64,000 bases of DNA from Escherichia phage ph0021, in sequence record OP557970.1; one strand, written 5' to 3'. Below are positions 1 to 18,198 of the stretch, in pieces. Within the stretch, counting starts at the first letter, position 1. Each line of letters begins with the position of its first letter. The notes beneath the pieces were generated by a model that saw nothing but the letters and a program-made list of their open reading frames with translations, was not told where the DNA came from and searched no databases. The position numbers and the translations under genes were made by a program.

Positions 1-1
1 T

Positions 2-310
2 GATAGAGTAGCTAAATTAACTCCAACCGGTGAAATTGAGTATGATTCAGTAACAGGCGAAGCAATTTATGAACCTGGCCCAATGGCTGGTGTAAAATAT
101 CCTCTTCCTGATGACTATAATGCTGAAAATAATAATTCAATATTTCAAGGTCAATTGCCATCTGAACGACGTAAATTAATGAGTCCTCTATTTGATGCAT
201 CTGGAACAACATTTGCACAATTTAGGGATTTAGTTAATAAACGTCTAAAAGATAATATAGGAAATCCAAGAGACCCTGAAAATCCAACACAGGTTAAAAT
301 AGATGAATGA
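2..310 (+). CDS. 7: baseplate wedge protein gp7, C-terminal fragment (5' end lies upstream of the window)
   Basis: Frame is open from window position 2 with no stop; sits directly upstream of gp8 in T4 order 7-8-9-10. Confidence 0.6.
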   Translation, partial: DRVAKLTPTGEIEYDSVTGEAIYEPGPMAGVKYPLPDDYNAENNNSIFQGQLPSERRKLMSPLFDASGTTFAQFRDLVNKRLKDNIGNPRDPENPTQVKIDE

Positions 311-1307
311 TTCAAGTGTTATCTATCGTGCGATAGTTACTTCAAAATTTAGAACAGAAAAAATGTTGAATTTTTATAATTCAATTGGAAGTGGTCCGGA
401 TAAAAACACTATCTTTATTACATTTGGAAGATCAGAACCATGGTCATCAAACGAAAATGAGGTGGGATTTGCCCCACCTTATCCCACCGATTCTGTGTTA
501 GGTGTAACTGACATGTGGACGCATATGATGGGAACAGTAAAGGTTCTTCCATCAATGCTTGATGCAGTTATTCCTCGTCGAGATTGGGGAGATACTAGAT
601 ATCCGGATCCGTATACATTTAGAATTAACGATATTGTAGTGTGTAACTCAGCTCCTTACAACGCTACTGAATCAGGCGCAGGCTGGTTAGTATATCGTTG
701 TTTAGATGTTCCTGATACCGGAATGTGTTCAATCGCATCTTTAACTGATAAGGATGAATGCCTTAAATTAGGCGGAAAATGGACACCTTCTGTTAGGTCA
801 ATGACTCCTCCTGAAGGTCGAGGAGATGCTGAAGGAACAATTGAACCTGGGGACGGGTATGTATGGGAATATCTTTTTGAGATTCCACCCGATGTATCTA
901 TAAATAGATGCACGAATGAATATATCGTGGTTCCTTGGCCTGAGGAATTAAAAGAAGACCCGACTAGATGGGGATATGAAGATAATCTCACTTGGCAGCA
1001 AGATGATTTTGGATTAATTTACCGGGTTAAGGCAAATACTATCCGTTTTAAAGCATATTTAGATTCAGTTTACTTTCCTGATGCTGCATTGCCAGGAAAT
1101 AAAGGATTTAGACAAATATCAATAATTACGAATCCTCTTGAAGCTAAAGCTCATCCAAATGACCCAAACGTTAAAGCTGAAAAGGATTATTATGATCCAG
1201 AAGATTTAATGAGGCATTCGGGCGAAATGATTTATATGGAAAATAGGCCACCTATTATCATGGCAATGGATCAAACAGAAGAAATCAATATTCTGTTTAC
1301 ATTTTAA
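303..1307 (+). CDS. 8: baseplate wedge protein gp8
   Basis: 334-aa ORF; length and position match T4 gp8; followed by a terminator hairpin. Confidence 0.85.
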   Translation: MNDSSVIYRAIVTSKFRTEKMLNFYNSIGSGPDKNTIFITFGRSEPWSSNENEVGFAPPYPTDSVLGVTDMWTHMMGTVKVLPSMLDAVIPRRDWGDTRYPDPYTFRINDIVVCNSAPYNATESGAGWLVYRCLDVPDTGMCSIASLTDKDECLKLGGKWTPSVRSMTPPEGRGDAEGTIEPGDGYVWEYLFEIPPDVSINRCTNEYIVVPWPEELKEDPTRWGYEDNLTWQQDDFGLIYRVKANTIRFKAYLDSVYFPDAALPGNKGFRQISIITNPLEAKAHPNDPNVKAEKDYYDPEDLMRHSGEMIYMENRPPIIMAMDQTEEINILFTF

Positions 1308-1312
1308 ATTAA

Positions 1313-1336
1313 GGGAGCCCATGGGCTCCCTTTTTC
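1313..1336 (+). terminator. intrinsic terminator after gene 8
   Basis: Perfect palindrome GGGAGCCCA/TGGGCTCCC followed by TTTTT. Confidence 0.7.
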
Positions 1337-1338
1337 TT

Positions 1339-1346
1339 TATAAATA
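1339..1346 (+). promoter_or_regulatory. late promoter (TATAAATA) for gene 9
   Basis: Exact TATAAATA about 25 bp upstream of the gp9 ATG. Confidence 0.7.
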
Positions 1347-1370
1347 CTATAAACTCATAAGGAAACCGCT

Positions 1371-2237
1371 ATGTTCATTCAAGAACCAAAGAAATTGATT
1401 GATACCGGCGAAATTGGTAACGCTTCTACTGGTGATATCTTATTCGACGGTGGTAATAAAATTAATAGTGATTTTAACGCAATTTATAATGCGTTTGGCG
1501 ATCAGCGTAAAATGGCAGTAGCAAATGGCACTGGAGCAGATGGTCAAATTATCCATGCTACTGGGTATTATCAAAAACACTCTATTACAGAGTACGCAAC
1601 TCCAGTGAAAGTTGGCACTAGACATGATATTGATACCTCTACTGTAGGTGTTAAAGTTATTATTGAAAGAGGCGAACTCGGCGATTGTGTTGAATTCATT
1701 AACTCTAATGGATCAATATCAGTTACTAATCCTTTAACAATTCAAGCTATTGATTCAATTAAAGGTGTTTCAGGTAATTTAGTAGTAACTAGCCCATATA
1801 GTAAAGTAACTTTACGCTGTATTTCATCTGATAATTCTACATCGGTTTGGAATTATTCTATTGAAAGTATGTTTGGACAAAAGGAATCACCAGCTGAAGG
1901 TACATGGAATATTTCTACATCCGGATCAGTTGATATTCCACTATTTCATCGCACTGAATACAATATGGCTAAATTGTTAGTTACGTGCCAATCGGTAGAT
2001 GGAAGAAAAATTAAAACGGCAGAAATAAATATTCTTGTAGATGCTGTTAATTCAGAAGTCATTTCTTCTGAATATGCTGTCATGCGGGTTGGAAATGAAA
2101 CAGAAGAAGACGAAATCGCTAATATTGCATTTAGTATTAAAGAAAATTATGTAACGGCAACTATAAGTTCTTCAACTGTCGGTATGAGAGCAGCAGTTAA
2201 AGTTATCGCTACGCAGAAAATCGGGGTGGCTCAATAA
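1371..2237 (+). CDS. 9: baseplate wedge / long tail fiber attachment protein gp9
   Basis: 288-aa ORF starting MFIQEPKKLIDTGEIGNASTGDILFDGGNK, recognised as T4 gp9; late promoter upstream. Confidence 0.92.
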   Translation: MFIQEPKKLIDTGEIGNASTGDILFDGGNKINSDFNAIYNAFGDQRKMAVANGTGADGQIIHATGYYQKHSITEYATPVKVGTRHDIDTSTVGVKVIIERGELGDCVEFINSNGSISVTNPLTIQAIDSIKGVSGNLVVTSPYSKVTLRCISSDNSTSVWNYSIESMFGQKESPAEGTWNISTSGSVDIPLFHRTEYNMAKLLVTCQSVDGRKIKTAEINILVDAVNSEVISSEYAVMRVGNETEEDEIANIAFSIKENYVTATISSSTVGMRAAVKVIATQKIGVAQ

Positions 2238-4042
2238 TGAAACAAAATATTAATATCGGTAATGTTGTAGATGATGGTACCGGTGACTACCTGCGTAAAG
2301 GTGGTATAAAAATAAATGAAAACTTTGATGAGCTTTATTATGAACTTGGTGACGGTGATGTTCCATATTCAGCTGGTGCCTGGAAAACTTATAATGCTTC
2401 ATCAGGACAAACACTAACAGCAGAATGGGGAAAATCATACGCTATTAATACTTCGTCTGGAAGAGTAACACTGCAACTTCCTAAAGGAACTGTTAATGAT
2501 TATAATAAAGTAATTAGAGCTAGGGATGTATTTGCAACATGGAATGTTAATCCAGTTACTTTAGTAGCCGCTTCTGGTGATACTATCAAAGGATCATCGT
2601 CATCGGTTGAAATTAACGTTCAATTTAGTGATTTAGAGCTAGTTTATTGCGCTCCGGGCCGTTGGGAATATGTCAAAAATAAACAAATTGACAAAATTAT
2701 TAGTTCAGACATTAGCAATGTAGCTCGTAAAGAATTTTTAGTCGAAGTTCAAGGACAAACAGACTTTTTAGATATTTTCCGTGGAACTAGTTATAATGTT
2801 AATAACATCCGAGTAAAACATCGTGGTAACGAATTGTATTACGGTGATGTATTTAGCGAAAACAGTGACTTTGGCTCTCCGGGCGAAAATGAAGGCGAAT
2901 TAGTTCCTCTTGATGGATTTAATATTCGATTAAGACAGCCTTGTAATATTGGTGACACCGTTCAAATTGAAACATTTATGGATGGTGTATCGCAATGGAG
3001 AAGTTCATATACAAGACGCCAAATAAAAGTACTGGATTCAAAACTAACATCAAAGACTTCTTTAGAAGGAAGCATTTATGTTACTGATTTATCGGCGATG
3101 AAATCAATTCCATTTTCTGCATTTGGATTAATTCCTGGTGAACCCATTAATCCTAACTCTCTTGAGGTTCGTTTTAATGGAATTTTACAGCAGCAGGCTG
3201 GAACAGCTGGATATCCTCTGTTTTTGTGTGAAGGCGCTAATTCAGATACGCAAGAAGGATGTATATCTCTTGGCGGCGAATGGAAAGAATCAAACACCGA
3301 TTATTCTATAGAATATGAAGACGGAAAACCTATCAGTCTTTTATTTGATAGAAAATTTGAATCCGGTGACATTATCGTTATAACATGGTTCAATAATGAT
3401 TTAGGAACTCTTTTAGAAAAAGATGACATTATTGAATTAACGGATGACCGTTATGTTAGCAAAGGATCATCTACCGAAGTTACTGGTGATGTAGCCTTAA
3501 CGGATTTTGATAAAATCGGTTGGCCAAATGTTGAAAAAGTTGATTCTTATACTAGAACGTATAATTCAATATCATCTATTTTCGATAGCATTTATCCTGT
3601 AGGTTCAATTTATGAAAATGCTATAAATCCAAATAATCCGGCGACTTATATGGGATTTGGTTCATGGAAATTATTTGGTAAAGGACAGGTTTTAGTAGGA
3701 TGGAATGATGATGTTACGGATCCAAACTTTGCTTTAAACAATAATGATTTAGATTCTAGCGGAAATCCTTCACATACTGCCGGTGGAACAGTTGGAACAA
3801 CAACAGTGACACTTGAGAATGCAAATCTTCCTGCAACTAAAACCGACGAAAGAGTTTTAATTGAAGACGAAAACGGATCAGTTATTATTGGAGGTTGCCA
3901 ATATGACCCAGATGAAACTGGTCCTATATATACAAAATATCGTGAAGACTACGCAACAACAAACTCTTCACATACTCCTCCTGCTAATATTAGTAATATT
4001 CAACCGTCTATTACTGTATACCGTTGGATAAGGATTGCATAA
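2237..4042 (+). CDS. 10: baseplate wedge protein gp10
   Basis: 601-aa ORF, length and position match T4 gp10 (602 aa); start overlaps gp9 stop. Confidence 0.9.
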   Translation: MKQNINIGNVVDDGTGDYLRKGGIKINENFDELYYELGDGDVPYSAGAWKTYNASSGQTLTAEWGKSYAINTSSGRVTLQLPKGTVNDYNKVIRARDVFATWNVNPVTLVAASGDTIKGSSSSVEINVQFSDLELVYCAPGRWEYVKNKQIDKIISSDISNVARKEFLVEVQGQTDFLDIFRGTSYNVNNIRVKHRGNELYYGDVFSENSDFGSPGENEGELVPLDGFNIRLRQPCNIGDTVQIETFMDGVSQWRSSYTRRQIKVLDSKLTSKTSLEGSIYVTDLSAMKSIPFSAFGLIPGEPINPNSLEVRFNGILQQQAGTAGYPLFLCEGANSDTQEGCISLGGEWKESNTDYSIEYEDGKPISLLFDRKFESGDIIVITWFNNDLGTLLEKDDIIELTDDRYVSKGSSTEVTGDVALTDFDKIGWPNVEKVDSYTRTYNSISSIFDSIYPVGSIYENAINPNNPATYMGFGSWKLFGKGQVLVGWNDDVTDPNFALNNNDLDSSGNPSHTAGGTVGTTTVTLENANLPATKTDERVLIEDENGSVIIGGCQYDPDETGPIYTKYREDYATTNSSHTPPANISNIQPSITVYRWIRIA

Positions 4043-4701
4043 TGAGTTTACTTAATAATAAAGCGGGAGTTATTTCCCGCTTAGCAGATTTTCTTGGTTT
4101 TAGAACTAAGAAAAATGATATTTCGGTTATGAATAATCAGCCAGTAGGCGCTGTAACAATTTCACAAATAGCAAAAGGTTTTTATGACCCAAATGTAGAA
4201 TCTGCTATCAATGATGTTAGAAATATGGCAGAGCAACAGGTTGGAGCTGTATTAGTTAATATAAGCGGCGTATCTCCTACTGGCGTGCAACAAACAGACT
4301 ATTGGTCATTTGAAGGAACCGTTACTGATACTTCAGCCAAACCAGGTGATCCAGTTATTGTTAACATGTTTGGTATTCCAGTTAAAGCTACTAATGGAAT
4401 GACTTCAATTGAATTTACTAGTGCTGTTAGAACAGCTCTACAGGAAATGGTTGTAAAATTTATTGCAATTGATTCATTTGAAGACCATCCTACTATAGGG
4501 AATAAAATACAAGTTAAGTATTTAGATAACCAAGAACATATCTTAGAGCAATACTCCGATAAAGGAATTACTTTCAAACAAGAAATAATTTCTCCTTCTA
4601 AACCCGGGTATGGAACTTGGCAATTATTAGGTGCGCAAACTGTTACGCTAGATAGTCACACACAACCTACAGTATTTTATTATTTTGAGAGAATAGCATG
4701 A
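4042..4701 (+). CDS. 11: baseplate wedge protein gp11 (short tail fiber attachment)
   Basis: 219 aa from the MSLLNNKAG start; TAATG overlap with gp10 stop; ORF track shows a longer in-frame upstream start at 4024. Confidence 0.88.
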   Translation: MSLLNNKAGVISRLADFLGFRTKKNDISVMNNQPVGAVTISQIAKGFYDPNVESAINDVRNMAEQQVGAVLVNISGVSPTGVQQTDYWSFEGTVTDTSAKPGDPVIVNMFGIPVKATNGMTSIEFTSAVRTALQEMVVKFIAIDSFEDHPTIGNKIQVKYLDNQEHILEQYSDKGITFKQEIISPSKPGYGTWQLLGAQTVTLDSHTQPTVFYYFERIA

Positions 4702-6248
4702 GTAACAATACATATCAGCACGTATCAAATGAATCAAAATATGTTAAATTCGATCCCACTGGATCGAATTTTCCTGGCACTGTTACGACAGTACAGTCTG
4801 CATTATCAAAAATAAGTAATATCGGCGTAAATGGTATTCCTGATGCAACTATGGAAGTTAAAGGAATAGCAATGATTGCATCAGAGCAAGAGGTTTTAGA
4901 TGGAACAAATAATTCTAAAATCGTTACACCAGCTACATTAGCAACAAGATTATTGTATCCAAATGCTACTGAAACTAAATATGGTTTAACGCGCTATTCA
5001 ACAAATGAAGAAACATTAGAAGGCTCAGATAATAATTCATCAATAACGCCGCAAAAACTGAAATACCATACTGATGATGTGTTCCAAAATAGATATTCGT
5101 CTGAGTCATCAAACGGGGTTATTAAAATATCATCTACGCCTGCGGCTTTGGCTGGTGTTGATGATACTACGGCGATGACTCCGCTAAAAACCCAAAAACT
5201 CGCAATAAAATTAATTTCACAAATAGCTCCTTCCGAAGATACTGCATCAGAATCTGTGAGAGGTGTGGTTCAATTATCAACTGTTGCGCAAACTCGTCAA
5301 GGAACTCTCCGCGAAGGATATGCAATTTCTCCGTATACCTTTATGAATTCTGTTGCAACACAAGAATATAAGGGTGTTATACGTTTAGGAACACAATCGG
5401 AAATTAACAGTAATTTAGGAGATGTTGCAGTAACAGGTGAAACACTAAATGGTCGAGGAGCTACTGGTTCTATGCGTGGAGTAGTTAAATTAACGACGCA
5501 AGCCGGTATTGCCCCTGAAGGTGATAGTTCTGGAGCATTAGCGTGGAACGCAGATGTAATTAATACGCGTGGTGGACAAACTATTAATGGTTCTTTAAAT
5601 TTAGACCATCTTACAGCAAATGGAATTTGGTCACGCGGTGGAATGTGGAAAAATGGCGATCAACCTGTTGCCACTGAAAGATATGCGTCCGAACGAGTTC
5701 CGGTTGGAACTATTATGATGTTTGCGGGTGATTCAGCACCTCCAGGTTGGATTATGTGTCATGGTGGAACCGTGTCAGGTGACCAATTTCCTGATTATAG
5801 AAACGTAGTTGGAACAAGATTTGGTGGCGATTGGAATAATCCTGGCGTTCCTGATATGCGGGGTCTTTTCGTCAGAGGAGCTGGCACAGGCGGTCATATT
5901 TTAAATCAACGAGGACAAGATGGTTATGGAAAGGATAGACTTGGCGTAGGATGTGACGGAATGCATGTTGGTGGTGTTCAAGCACAACAAATGTCATACC
6001 ATAAACACGCCGGTGGTTGGGGGGAATATAACAGAAGTGAAGGCCCATTTGGCGCGTCTGTTTATCAAGGATATCTTGGAACTAGAAAATATGCCGACTG
6101 GGATAATGCTTCATACTTCACTAATGATGGATTTGAATTAGGCGGACCGAGAGATGCCCTTGGTACACTTAATCGTGAAGGATTAATTGGTTATGAAACT
6201 AGACCATGGAATATATCATTAAACTATATTATTAAAGTTCATTACTAA
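4698..6248 (+). CDS. 12: short tail fiber protein gp12
   Basis: 516-aa ORF starting [13 protein letters not shown], Gly/Thr/Ser-rich fibre sequence; position after gp11. Confidence 0.9.
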   Translation: MSNNTYQHVSNESKYVKFDPTGSNFPGTVTTVQSALSKISNIGVNGIPDATMEVKGIAMIASEQEVLDGTNNSKIVTPATLATRLLYPNATETKYGLTRYSTNEETLEGSDNNSSITPQKLKYHTDDVFQNRYSSESSNGVIKISSTPAALAGVDDTTAMTPLKTQKLAIKLISQIAPSEDTASESVRGVVQLSTVAQTRQGTLREGYAISPYTFMNSVATQEYKGVIRLGTQSEINSNLGDVAVTGETLNGRGATGSMRGVVKLTTQAGIAPEGDSSGALAWNADVINTRGGQTINGSLNLDHLTANGIWSRGGMWKNGDQPVATERYASERVPVGTIMMFAGDSAPPGWIMCHGGTVSGDQFPDYRNVVGTRFGGDWNNPGVPDMRGLFVRGAGTGGHILNQRGQDGYGKDRLGVGCDGMHVGGVQAQQMSYHKHAGGWGEYNRSEGPFGASVYQGYLGTRKYADWDNASYFTNDGFELGGPRDALGTLNREGLIGYETRPWNISLNYIIKVHY

Positions 6249-6257
6249 GGATTACAA

Positions 6258-7715
6258 ATGATTGAATTAAAAGATTTACCTTTTGTTGATAGCGTTCCTG
6301 ATGAAGGTCAGGAACGTATTTCATGGATTAAAAATGGTGAAGAAATACTAGGAGCTAGCACTAAGTATGGAAACGATGGATCAATGAATAGACCAATTGT
6401 TTCCGTGTTTAAAAATGTTGAGGTTCTTGACGAAAATATAGGAATTCTTAAAACTGCCATTGAAACATCGCAGAAAGATATTAAAACAATTCAAGGAGTT
6501 TTAGATGTATCAGGAGATATAGAAGCACTATCGCAGATCAGTGTTAATAAAAATGACATATCAAATTTAAAGACACTTACTAATGAACACACTGATATAT
6601 TAACTGGAACTAATAATACAGTTGACAAAATTATTGCTGATATAGGTCCATTTAATGATGAAGAAAACTCTGTTTATAGAACAATTAGAAATGATTTATT
6701 GTGGATTAAACAAGAACTAGGGCAATATTCTGGCCAAGACATTAACGGTCTTCCTGTTGTTGGTAATGCTAGCACAGGAATGAAACATAGAATAATAACA
6801 AATAGTACATTATTATCTTCACAAGGCATTCGTTTAAGTGAATTAGAAAATAAATTTACTGAATCTGACGTAGGATCATTGACGGTTGAAGTTGGTAAAT
6901 TACGCGATGAACTTGGTAATAAACCAGTAGATTTTGGACCAAATATTTATAATAGATTAAACACTATAGATGATAAACAAACTTTAATAAATTCTGATAT
7001 AGCAGAAATTAAATCTTCTATTGGATACCCAGAAAATGTTTCTATAATAACAGAAATTAATAATAACAAAAGTAGCATTGAATCTATTAATAATGAATTA
7101 AATCAGAGTGAAGGTGTTAAACAGCGCTTAACGGCTATTGAAACTTCTATAGGTTCAGATGATATTCCTTCTAGTATTAAAGGAAAAATTAAAAATCACA
7201 CAACTTCTATTGAGTCTTTAAACGGAATTGTTGGTGAAAACACTTCGTCTGGTTTAAGAGCGAATGTTTCGTGGTTAAATCAAATTGTTGGAACTGACTC
7301 CAGCGGAGGACAACCGTCTCCTTCTGGATCTCTATTAAATAAAGTTTCAGTGCTTGAAGGAGAAGTTTCAGTTTTAAACAATAATGTTCAAAATATACAA
7401 GTTGAAATAGGAAATAATAGAACAGGAATTAAAGGTCAAGTTATTGAACTTACTTCACTTATAAATGGAAATAATCCTGACGGATCAACTGTTGAAGAAC
7501 GAGGATTAACTAATTCTATAAAAACGAATGAAACTAACATTGCGGCAGTCACGCATGAAGTAAATACAGCTAAAGACAATATATCCTCTTTACAGAGCAG
7601 CGTTCAAGCTCTACAAGAAGCGGGTTATATTCCTGAAGCTCCAAAAGATGGCCAAGCTTACGTTCGTAAAGACGGCGAATGGGTACTACTTTCTACCTTT
7701 TTATCACCAGCATAA
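6258..7715 (+). CDS. wac: fibritin (whisker/neck fibre) Wac
   Basis: 485-aa ORF with long heptad-like coiled-coil repeats and C-terminal [27 protein letters not shown] foldon-type motif. Confidence 0.92.
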   Translation: MIELKDLPFVDSVPDEGQERISWIKNGEEILGASTKYGNDGSMNRPIVSVFKNVEVLDENIGILKTAIETSQKDIKTIQGVLDVSGDIEALSQISVNKNDISNLKTLTNEHTDILTGTNNTVDKIIADIGPFNDEENSVYRTIRNDLLWIKQELGQYSGQDINGLPVVGNASTGMKHRIITNSTLLSSQGIRLSELENKFTESDVGSLTVEVGKLRDELGNKPVDFGPNIYNRLNTIDDKQTLINSDIAEIKSSIGYPENVSIITEINNNKSSIESINNELNQSEGVKQRLTAIETSIGSDDIPSSIKGKIKNHTTSIESLNGIVGENTSSGLRANVSWLNQIVGTDSSGGQPSPSGSLLNKVSVLEGEVSVLNNNVQNIQVEIGNNRTGIKGQVIELTSLINGNNPDGSTVEERGLTNSIKTNETNIAAVTHEVNTAKDNISSLQSSVQALQEAGYIPEAPKDGQAYVRKDGEWVLLSTFLSPA

Positions 7716-7718
7716 CAT

Positions 7719-7734
7719 GGGGCCGCAAGGCCCC
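7719..7734 (+). terminator. GC-rich tetraloop hairpin after wac
   Basis: GGGGCC-GCAA-GGCCCC immediately after the wac stop; no clear U-tract. Confidence 0.4.
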
Positions 7735-7746
7735 AAAGGATTTTAA

Positions 7747-9448
<1,702 letters not shown>

Positions 9449-9489
9449 TAAATATTATAAACTAATTAAAGCCCAGATTAGGAGAAATC

Positions 9490-12630
<3,141 letters not shown>

Positions 12631-12658
12631 TATTAAAGCATATTAAAGAGGATTAAAA

Positions 12659-14638
12659 ATGACTTTATTATCTCCGGGCATTGAGCTCAAAGAAACCACG
12701 GTTCAAAGCACCGTGGTTAATAACTCTACTGGTACAGCAGCTTTGGCCGGTAAATTCCAGTGGGGTCCTGCTTTTCAGATTAAACAGGTTACAAACGAAG
12801 TAGATTTAGTTAATACTTTTGGTCAACCTACAGCTGAAACTGCTGACTATTTTATGTCTGCGATGAATTTCTTGCAGTACGGAAATGACTTACGAGCAGT
12901 TCGTGCTGTTGATAGAGATACCGCTAAAAACTCATCGCCAATTGCTGGTAATATTGAATACACAATTTCTACCCCAGGTAGTAACTACGCGGTTGGAGAT
13001 AAAATCACGGTCAAATATGTTTCAGATGATATTGAAACTGAAGGTAAAATTACTGAAGTAGACGCAGATGGAAAAATTAAGAAAATTAATATTCCTACTG
13101 CAAAAATTATCGCTAAAGCGAAAGAAGTCGGTGAATATCCGGAATTAGGTTCTAACTGGACTGCGGAAATTTCTTCGTCTTCCTCTGGTTTAGCTGCAGT
13201 AATAACTCTTGGAAAAATTATTACTGATTCTGGTATTTTATTAGCTGAAATTGAAAATGCTGAAGCTGCTATGACAGCGGTTGACTTTCAAGCAAATCTT
13301 AAAAAATACGGAATTCCAGGAGTAGTAGCGCTTTATCCAGGCGAATTGGGCGATAAAATTGAAATTGAAATCGTATCTAAAGCTGACTATGCAAAAGGAG
13401 CTTCTGCATTACTCCCAATTTATCCGGGCGGTGGTACTCGCGCATCTACTGCTAAAGCAGTGTTTGGATATGGACCACAAACTGATTCACAGTACGCTAT
13501 TATAGTTCGTCGCAATGATGCTATTGTTCAAAGCGTTGTTCTTTCAACTAAGCGTGGTGAAAAAGATATTTACGATAGTAACATCTATATCGATGACTTT
13601 TTCGCAAAAGGCGGCTCAGAATATATTTTTGCAACTGCGCAAAACTGGCCAGAAGGCTTCTCTGGAATTTTAACTCTGTCTGGTGGATTATCATCAAATG
13701 CTGAAGTAACAGCAGGAGATTTGATGGAAGCTTGGGACTTCTTTGCTGACCGTGAATCCGTTGATGTTCAGCTGTTTATTGCGGGTTCTTGTGCCGGTGA
13801 ATCTTTAGAAACAGCATCTACTGTCCAAAAACACGTCGTTTCAATTGGGGATGCTCGCCAAGATTGCTTAGTATTGTGCTCTCCTCCGCGTGAAACTGTA
13901 GTTGGAATTCCTGTAACTCGTGCTGTTGACAACTTAGTCAACTGGAGAACCGCAACAGGTTCATACACTGATAATAACTTTAATATCAGTTCAACCTATG
14001 CAGCAATCGACGGCAACTACAAATATCAGTATGACAAATATAATGATGTGAATCGTTGGGTTCCATTAGCAGCTGATATTGCCGGTTTATGCGCAAGAAC
14101 TGATAACGTATCTCAGACTTGGATGTCTCCAGCTGGTTATAATCGTGGTCAGATTCTTAACGTTATTAAACTTGCTATTGAAACCCGCCAGGCTCAGCGC
14201 GACCGTTTATACCAAGAAGCTATCAACCCAGTAACTGGTACAGGTGGCGATGGTTACGTATTGTATGGTGATAAAACAGCTACTTCTGTTCCTTCTCCGT
14301 TTGATCGTATTAACGTTCGTCGTCTGTTTAATATGTTAAAAACGAATATCGGACGTAGTTCAAAATATCGTTTGTTCGAATTAAACAACGCGTTTACTCG
14401 TTCATCATTCCGCACAGAAACTGCCCAATACTTGCAGGGAATTAAAGCTCTCGGTGGAATTTATGAATATCGTGTAGTTTGCGATACAACAAATAATACT
14501 CCGTCAGTAATTGATAGAAATGAGTTTGTTGCAACATTCTACATTCAACCGGCTCGTAGTATAAATTATATCCAACTTAATTTCGTCGCAACTGCTACTG
14601 GTGCAGATTTTGATGAGTTAACTGGTCTTGCAGGTTAA
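12659..14638 (+). CDS. 18: contractile tail sheath protein gp18
   Basis: 659-aa ORF, T4 gp18 length; late promoter TATAAATA 30 bp upstream. Confidence 0.93.
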   Translation: MTLLSPGIELKETTVQSTVVNNSTGTAALAGKFQWGPAFQIKQVTNEVDLVNTFGQPTAETADYFMSAMNFLQYGNDLRAVRAVDRDTAKNSSPIAGNIEYTISTPGSNYAVGDKITVKYVSDDIETEGKITEVDADGKIKKINIPTAKIIAKAKEVGEYPELGSNWTAEISSSSSGLAAVITLGKIITDSGILLAEIENAEAAMTAVDFQANLKKYGIPGVVALYPGELGDKIEIEIVSKADYAKGASALLPIYPGGGTRASTAKAVFGYGPQTDSQYAIIVRRNDAIVQSVVLSTKRGEKDIYDSNIYIDDFFAKGGSEYIFATAQNWPEGFSGILTLSGGLSSNAEVTAGDLMEAWDFFADRESVDVQLFIAGSCAGESLETASTVQKHVVSIGDARQDCLVLCSPPRETVVGIPVTRAVDNLVNWRTATGSYTDNNFNISSTYAAIDGNYKYQYDKYNDVNRWVPLAADIAGLCARTDNVSQTWMSPAGYNRGQILNVIKLAIETRQAQRDRLYQEAINPVTGTGGDGYVLYGDKTATSVPSPFDRINVRRLFNMLKTNIGRSSKYRLFELNNAFTRSSFRTETAQYLQGIKALGGIYEYRVVCDTTNNTPSVIDRNEFVATFYIQPARSINYIQLNFVATATGADFDELTGLAG

Positions 14639-14644
14639 TTGATT

Positions 14645-15283
14645 ATGGGGCTTCGGCCCCTATTCTCGAGGAAACAAGTGATTATTTCTAAGTTTGTTAC
14701 AATAAAACCAAGAAATCATTCAAAAATGTGGTCGACAATTCTGGGATATAAAGTATCATATCATGATACAGTATCTGTTCCAATAGAATTAATGCCAAAG
14801 AATAGTAATAAAATAGTTGACGCTAAATGTGATTTGTGTGGTACTAAATTTAGTAGAAGCATTCAACTTTTAAATAGAACACCCACACATGCATGTAGAA
14901 AATGTAGCATTAAACAAGTTGCTATTAAAAATTCTGAAGTTCAATCTGGAATAAGCAGACCATGGCAAAGAGGTGATAAACATCCTCGATGGACTGGTAA
15001 AAGAAAAGAGTTTGCATTATATGCTAGTAGAGTTCATTCTATAACTAAGTCAGCTAAAATAAGAAAAATCTGGTCAAAATGGCCGAATGCTGATAAAATA
15101 GGAGTGTGTGGCGTAGAAGGTGCTTACCAACTCGATCATAAAGTATCTATCAAATATGGATTTGATAATTTAATTCCGCCGGAAATTATAGCAAGCGTAA
15201 AAAATTTAGAAATAATCACTTGGGAATCTAACCGAGAAAAGTCAAAAAGAAATAGCGTAGATCTTTGGGATTTACTAGAATGA
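14645..15283 (+). CDS. free-standing HNH-family homing endonuclease-like protein inserted between genes 18 and 19
   Basis: Cys-rich zinc-ribbon segment (CDLCGTKFS...CRKCS) followed by an HNH-like core (QLDHKVSIKYGFDNL...NLEIITWESNREK). Start is ambiguous: ORF track opens at 14639 (TTG), first ATG at 14645, alternative ATG at 14726. Confidence 0.7.
   Translation: MGLRPLFSRKQVIISKFVTIKPRNHSKMWSTILGYKVSYHDTVSVPIELMPKNSNKIVDAKCDLCGTKFSRSIQLLNRTPTHACRKCSIKQVAIKNSEVQSGISRPWQRGDKHPRWTGKRKEFALYASRVHSITKSAKIRKIWSKWPNADKIGVCGVEGAYQLDHKVSIKYGFDNLIPPEIIASVKNLEIITWESNREKSKRNSVDLWDLLE
14647..14660 (+). terminator. hairpin after gene 18 (upstream flank of the HNH insert)
   Basis: GGGGC-TTCG-GCCCC tetraloop hairpin 9 nt after the gp18 stop. 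Confidence 0.4.
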
Positions 15284-15290
15284 TTCTAAA

Positions 15291-15317
15291 GGCCTGTTTC
15301 GGCAGGCCATATAAATA
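15291..15317 (+). promoter_or_regulatory. hairpin plus late promoter after the HNH gene
   Basis: GGCCTG...CAGGCC stem-loop followed directly by TATAAATA at 15310-15317. Confidence 0.5.
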
Positions 15318-15368
15318 CACTATATCCTTAATTCTTTAATTCTATATGCCCTAGGTTAAACATAGGGA

Positions 15369-15376
15369 TATAAATA
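15369..15376 (+). promoter_or_regulatory. late promoter for gene 19
   Basis: TATAAATA 15 bp upstream of the gp19 ATG. Confidence 0.65.
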
Positions 15377-15390
15377 CTACAGAGGCTAAT

Positions 15391-15882
15391 ATGTTTGTAG
15401 ATGATGTAACACGAGCGTTTGAATCTGGTGATTTTGCTCGACCTAACTTATTCCAAGTAGAAATTTCTTATCTTGGACAAAATTTTACGTTTCAATGTAA
15501 AGCCACTGCTTTACCTGCTGGTATTGTAGAAAAAATTCCAGTCGGATTTATGAACCGTAAAATTAACGTAGCAGGCGATCGTACATTCGATGACTGGACT
15601 GTTACAGTAATGAACGATGAAGCTCATGATGCTCGCCAGAAGTTCGTTGATTGGCAAAGCATTGCTGCGGGGCAAGGAAACGAAATTACTGGTGGAAAAC
15701 CTGCAGAGTATAAAAAGAGCGCTATCGTTCGTCAATATGCTCGTGACGCTAAAACAGTAACAAAAGAAATTGAAATTAAAGGTCTGTGGCCTACTAACGT
15801 GGGTGAACTTCAGTTAGATTGGGATTCAAACAATGAAATCCAAACATTTGAAGTAACTCTTGCTCTCGATTATTGGGAATAA
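15391..15882 (+). CDS. 19: tail tube protein gp19
   Basis: 163-aa ORF, T4 gp19 length; TATAAATA late promoter upstream. Confidence 0.92.
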   Translation: MFVDDVTRAFESGDFARPNLFQVEISYLGQNFTFQCKATALPAGIVEKIPVGFMNRKINVAGDRTFDDWTVTVMNDEAHDARQKFVDWQSIAAGQGNEITGGKPAEYKKSAIVRQYARDAKTVTKEIEIKGLWPTNVGELQLDWDSNNEIQTFEVTLALDYWE

Positions 15883-15887
15883 AATGA

Positions 15888-17539
<1,652 letters not shown>

Positions 17540-17540
<1 letters not shown>

Positions 17541-17773
17541 TGGAAGGTTTAATTGAAGCTATTAAATCAAACGACCTCGTAGCCGCTCGTAAATTATTTG
17601 CTGAAGCCATGGCTGCAAGAACGATTGATTTAATTAAAGAAGAAAAAATCGCTATCGCTCGTAATTTCTTAATCGAAGGTGAAGAACCTGAAGACGAGGA
17701 TGATGACGAAGATGGTGATGATAAAGACGACAAAAAAGACAAAGACTCTGACGAAGACGAGGATGATGAATAA
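17540..17773 (+). CDS. 67: prohead core protein gp67 (acidic C-terminal tail)
   Basis: 77-aa ORF with a poly-Asp/Glu C-terminus; position between 20 and 68. Confidence 0.8.
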
Positions 17774-18198
17774 TGCTTCTGATCCCTGAAACTCATGAAT
17801 TAGTTCTCGAGAATGTCGAAGCACTTATTCCTGAAGCACAGAGTCGCTTTGACGAATTGTCTTCTGCTTTAAATAAAGACGATATAAATACAATTGTCGA
17901 GAATATGCTTGATGATGAAACTGATTTAGCGGTTGCATTAGCTTCTATTAATGAAAATATGCCGTTAAATGAATTTATCGTTAAACATGTTTCCGCCCGT
18001 GGTGAAATTACTCGCACTAAAGACCGCAAAACGCGTGAACGTAATGCATTTCAAACCACTGGGCTGTCTAAAGCAAAACGTAGACAAATTGCTCGTAAAG
18101 CTACCAAAACGAAGATTGCCAATCCAGCAGGTCAATCTCGTGCTCAGCGTAAGCGTAAAAAAGCTCTTAAACGCCGTAAAGCATTAGGATTAAGCTAA
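17773..18198 (+). CDS. 68: prohead core protein gp68
   Basis: 141-aa ORF, T4 gp68 length, basic C-terminus. Confidence 0.85.
   Translation: MLLIPETHELVLENVEALIPEAQSRFDELSSALNKDDINTIVENMLDDETDLAVALASINENMPLNEFIVKHVSARGEITRTKDRKTRERNAFQTTGLSKAKRRQIARKATKTKIANPAGQSRAQRKRKKALKRRKALGLS

Noticed and set aside
4698-6248. gp12 short tail fibre as a divergent host-range allele
   Set aside because: The C-terminal region seems to differ from my recollection of T4 gp12, but I cannot verify the reference sequence from memory, so I do not claim it.
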